DNA from: an uncultured Candidatus Saccharibacteria bacterium
GTDB taxonomy: Bacteria; Patescibacteriota; Minisyncoccia; Phycocordibacterales; PALSA-1337
Direction: 5' to 3'
NCBI GenBank assembly: GCA_964591325.1
Contig: CAZQAQ010000004.1
Location: 1-44,836, forward strand
DNA: 44,836 nt
Made by a program: the position numbers and the translations under genes. Every line of letters begins with the position of its first letter. Position 1 is the first letter of the stretch. The notes beneath the pieces were generated by a model, which did not search any database, was not told where the DNA came from, and worked only from the letters and a program-made list of their open reading frames with translations. Positions 42,611 through 44,836 of the stretch are shown piece by piece.

Positions 42611-44794
42611 ATGAATGAAAATTCAATAAATGATTCACTAAATAAATTTCTATCTCCTTACAATCCTTCATTAACTGAAAAGAGGATTTATGAAATGTGG
42701 GAAAATAGTGGGTATTTTAATCCTGATAATCTTGTAAAAGACGGGATAATAGATAAAGATTCTAAATCTTTTACTATTGTTATGCCACCAGCAAATGCAA
42801 ACGGTTCATTACATGCTGGTCATGGTCTTGTTATGACTATAGAAGACGTTATGACTAGATATAAGAGAATGAAGGGGTATAGAGCTTTATGGCTTCCAGG
42901 TCTTGATCATGCAGGATTTGAAACGCAAGTGGTTTATGAGAGAAAACTCGAAAAAGAGGGTAGAACTAGATTTGATCTAAAACCTGAGGATTTATATAAA
43001 GAAATATTGGATTTTACTTTATTAAATTCAAAAAATATACAGTCTCAAATACGTTCAGTTGGTGCTAGTTGTGATTGGTCAAGACAAAAATTTACTCTGG
43101 ATCCTGACATTGTAAAGATCGTCTACGGTACTTTCGAAAATCTTTATAAAGATGATCTTTTGTATAGAGGTAAAAGAATAGTAAGTTGGTGTCCAAAACA
43201 TCAAACTTCTTTTTCTGATTTGGAAATAAAAGATGAAGAGAAAATAGAAAGTTTTTATTATTTTAAATACGGACCTTTTGTTATTGGAACATCAAGACCA
43301 GAGACAAAGTTCGGTGATAAATATATTGTTGTACATCCTGATGACAAAAGATATTCAGAATACAAACATGGTCAAAAAATAGATCTTGAGTGGATAAATG
43401 GACCAATTACATCTACTGTTATAAAAGACGACAGTATCGATATGACATTTGGTACAGGAGCTATGACCATTACACCATGGCATGATGCGACTGACTTTGC
43501 TATAGCTTCAAAATATAATTTAGAGAAAGAACAAGTTATAGATGAAAGAGGTAAATTACTACCAATAGCGGGTGAATTTGCAGGTATGCATATCTCAAAG
43601 GCCAGAGCCTTGATAGTAGAAAAATTGAAAGCAAAGGGTCTTGTAGAAAAAATTGAAGAAAATTATAAACACACAGTTAGAACTTGTTATAAATGTGGAA
43701 CTACAATAGAACCACAAATAAAAAGTCAGTGGTTTATAAGAATGAAACCTTTGGCTGAAAAAGCTCTAGAAAAAATAAAAGCAAAAGAAATAAGATATAT
43801 TCCAGATCATTATGAAAAGATAACAACACATTGGCTTTCAAATATCGTAGATTGGAATATTTCTAGACAAATAGTTTGGGGTATACCTATACCTGCTAAA
43901 ATTTGTAATAAATGCGAAGAAGGATTTGTTGATCTTCACGATAAAATCACAAAATGTTCAAAGTGTGGTGGTGAAGTAAGAAAAGACAATGATACTTTTG
44001 ATACCTGGTTTTCTTCAGGACAATGGCCTTATGCAACACTAGGTTTTCCAGATTCAAAAGATTTCAAAAATTATTATCCAACAGATGTGATGGAAACAGC
44101 CGGAGAAATTATATTCTTCTGGGTGAGTCGTATGATTATGCTAGGTCTTTATATGACTGGAAAATTACCTTTTTCTACAGTTTATTTACATGGACTTGTT
44201 CTAGATGGAAAAGGGCAAAAGATGAGTAAGAGTAAGGGTAATGTTATAAACCCTCTTGAATATATGGAGAAATATGGTACAGATGCCTTTAGAATGGGTA
44301 TTGTTATAGGTAATACACCAGGAACTTCGCTAGCACTTTCAGAAGAAAAGATAAAAGCATATAAACTATTTGCAAATAAATTGTGGAACGTAACAAGATT
44401 TATTTTAACTTCAGTAGGAGAAATGAAAGTAGATAAAAGCTTTACTCATTGGAGTGAAAAAGACAAAGAATACAATGAAAGATTCTCAAGTCTAAAGTCT
44501 GAAGTAACAAAAGAAATGGACGAATTCAAATTCTATATGGTTGCAGAAAAACTGTATTCATATGTTTGGCATGAATTGGCAAGCGTAATACTAGAAGATA
44601 GTAAAAAAGTATTTAAAGAGGGAAGTGAAAGTGATAAAAAGTCTAGAAATCAATTTCTACTTAACACTCTAAATGATGTTCTTATATTACTACATCCATT
44701 TATGCCTTTTATTACAGAAGAGATATGGACAGATTTTCCAAAGGACGATTCAAGTAAGGGTAAAATATTAATGATACAAAAATGGCCCGAATAA
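42611..44794 (+). CDS. valS: valine--tRNA ligase (short form lacking the C-terminal coiled-coil)
   Basis: 727 aa. HIGH-type PPANANGSLHAGH, KMSKSKGN, CP1 editing motif TGAMTITPWHDATDF, Zn-type CYKCG/CSKCG. Confidence 0.9.
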   Translation: MNENSINDSLNKFLSPYNPSLTEKRIYEMWENSGYFNPDNLVKDGIIDKDSKSFTIVMPPANANGSLHAGHGLVMTIEDVMTRYKRMKGYRALWLPGLDHAGFETQVVYERKLEKEGRTRFDLKPEDLYKEILDFTLLNSKNIQSQIRSVGASCDWSRQKFTLDPDIVKIVYGTFENLYKDDLLYRGKRIVSWCPKHQTSFSDLEIKDEEKIESFYYFKYGPFVIGTSRPETKFGDKYIVVHPDDKRYSEYKHGQKIDLEWINGPITSTVIKDDSIDMTFGTGAMTITPWHDATDFAIASKYNLEKEQVIDERGKLLPIAGEFAGMHISKARALIVEKLKAKGLVEKIEENYKHTVRTCYKCGTTIEPQIKSQWFIRMKPLAEKALEKIKAKEIRYIPDHYEKITTHWLSNIVDWNISRQIVWGIPIPAKICNKCEEGFVDLHDKITKCSKCGGEVRKDNDTFDTWFSSGQWPYATLGFPDSKDFKNYYPTDVMETAGEIIFFWVSRMIMLGLYMTGKLPFSTVYLHGLVLDGKGQKMSKSKGNVINPLEYMEKYGTDAFRMGIVIGNTPGTSLALSEEKIKAYKLFANKLWNVTRFILTSVGEMKVDKSFTHWSEKDKEYNERFSSLKSEVTKEMDEFKFYMVAEKLYSYVWHELASVILEDSKKVFKEGSESDKKSRNQFLLNTLNDVLILLHPFMPFITEEIWTDFPKDDSSKGKILMIQKWPE

Positions 44795-44836
44795 AGCCTT
44801 ATGCAATAGTACCTTTCTTGTTGCAGAAGGGGGTTT

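Noticed and set aside
1-44836. CRISPR array, cas genes, restriction-modification, toxin-antitoxin, retron/DGR or other known defence modules
   Set aside because: The only periodic direct repeat is the 4 x 12-nt ladder at 9180. I recognised no nuclease, methyltransferase (other than RsmH), reverse transcriptase, or ATPase/helicase of defence type in any frame.
1-44836. Alternative genetic code (UGA recoding as in Gracilibacteria/SR1)
   Set aside because: TGA terminates well-supported genes at conserved C-termini (frr 18133-18135, mreB 21580-21582, and the gene at 6513-6707). No conserved protein requires read-through of TGA.

Overview
All calls come from manual reading. Nothing was computed, and hairpin and promoter coordinates may be off by 1-2 nt.

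**Organism and backbone.** This is an AT-rich bacterial chromosome segment (roughly one-third G+C by eye). Its miniaturised housekeeping proteins suggest a reduced-genome, probably CPR/Patescibacteria-like organism (inference). The genetic code is standard: TAA, TAG and TGA all terminate well-supported genes. The core backbone contains:
- fmt-def-priA, murA, a first mreB and a holB-like gene
- frr-rseP-proS-mreB-mreC-mreD-mrdA
- greA, lysS and a triple-YbjQ protein
- a compact dcw cluster (mraZ-rsmH-ftsL-ftsI-murF)
- tRNA-Glu(CUC), mscL, a DoxX-like protein and valS

**Accessory region 1 (~0.5-9.3 kb).** This is a string of small, mostly monocistronic genes, most followed by a hairpin terminator and several preceded by a clear sigma70-type promoter. 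Several are visibly higher in G+C: a PurM-family gene, a 204-aa unknown and a secreted pentapeptide-repeat protein.

**Accessory region 2 (~32.4-42.1 kb, directly after murF and tRNA-Glu).** It contains:
- GC-rich structured non-coding segments
- an 18-nt duplicate of the tRNA-Glu 3' end followed by CCA
- two G+C-rich orphan genes
- two divergent paralogous ~100-aa proteins flanking mscL
- a compact sigma-70-family factor
- a secreted ~329-aa protein
- a 1213-aa glycine-rich/Ig-repeat surface protein with a small membrane-anchored partner

**What is absent, and the main candidate.** I saw no integrase, transposase, reverse transcriptase, CRISPR array or recognisable defence enzyme. The most system-like candidate is the sigma factor, paralogue and surface-protein island. 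Its function is unknown.
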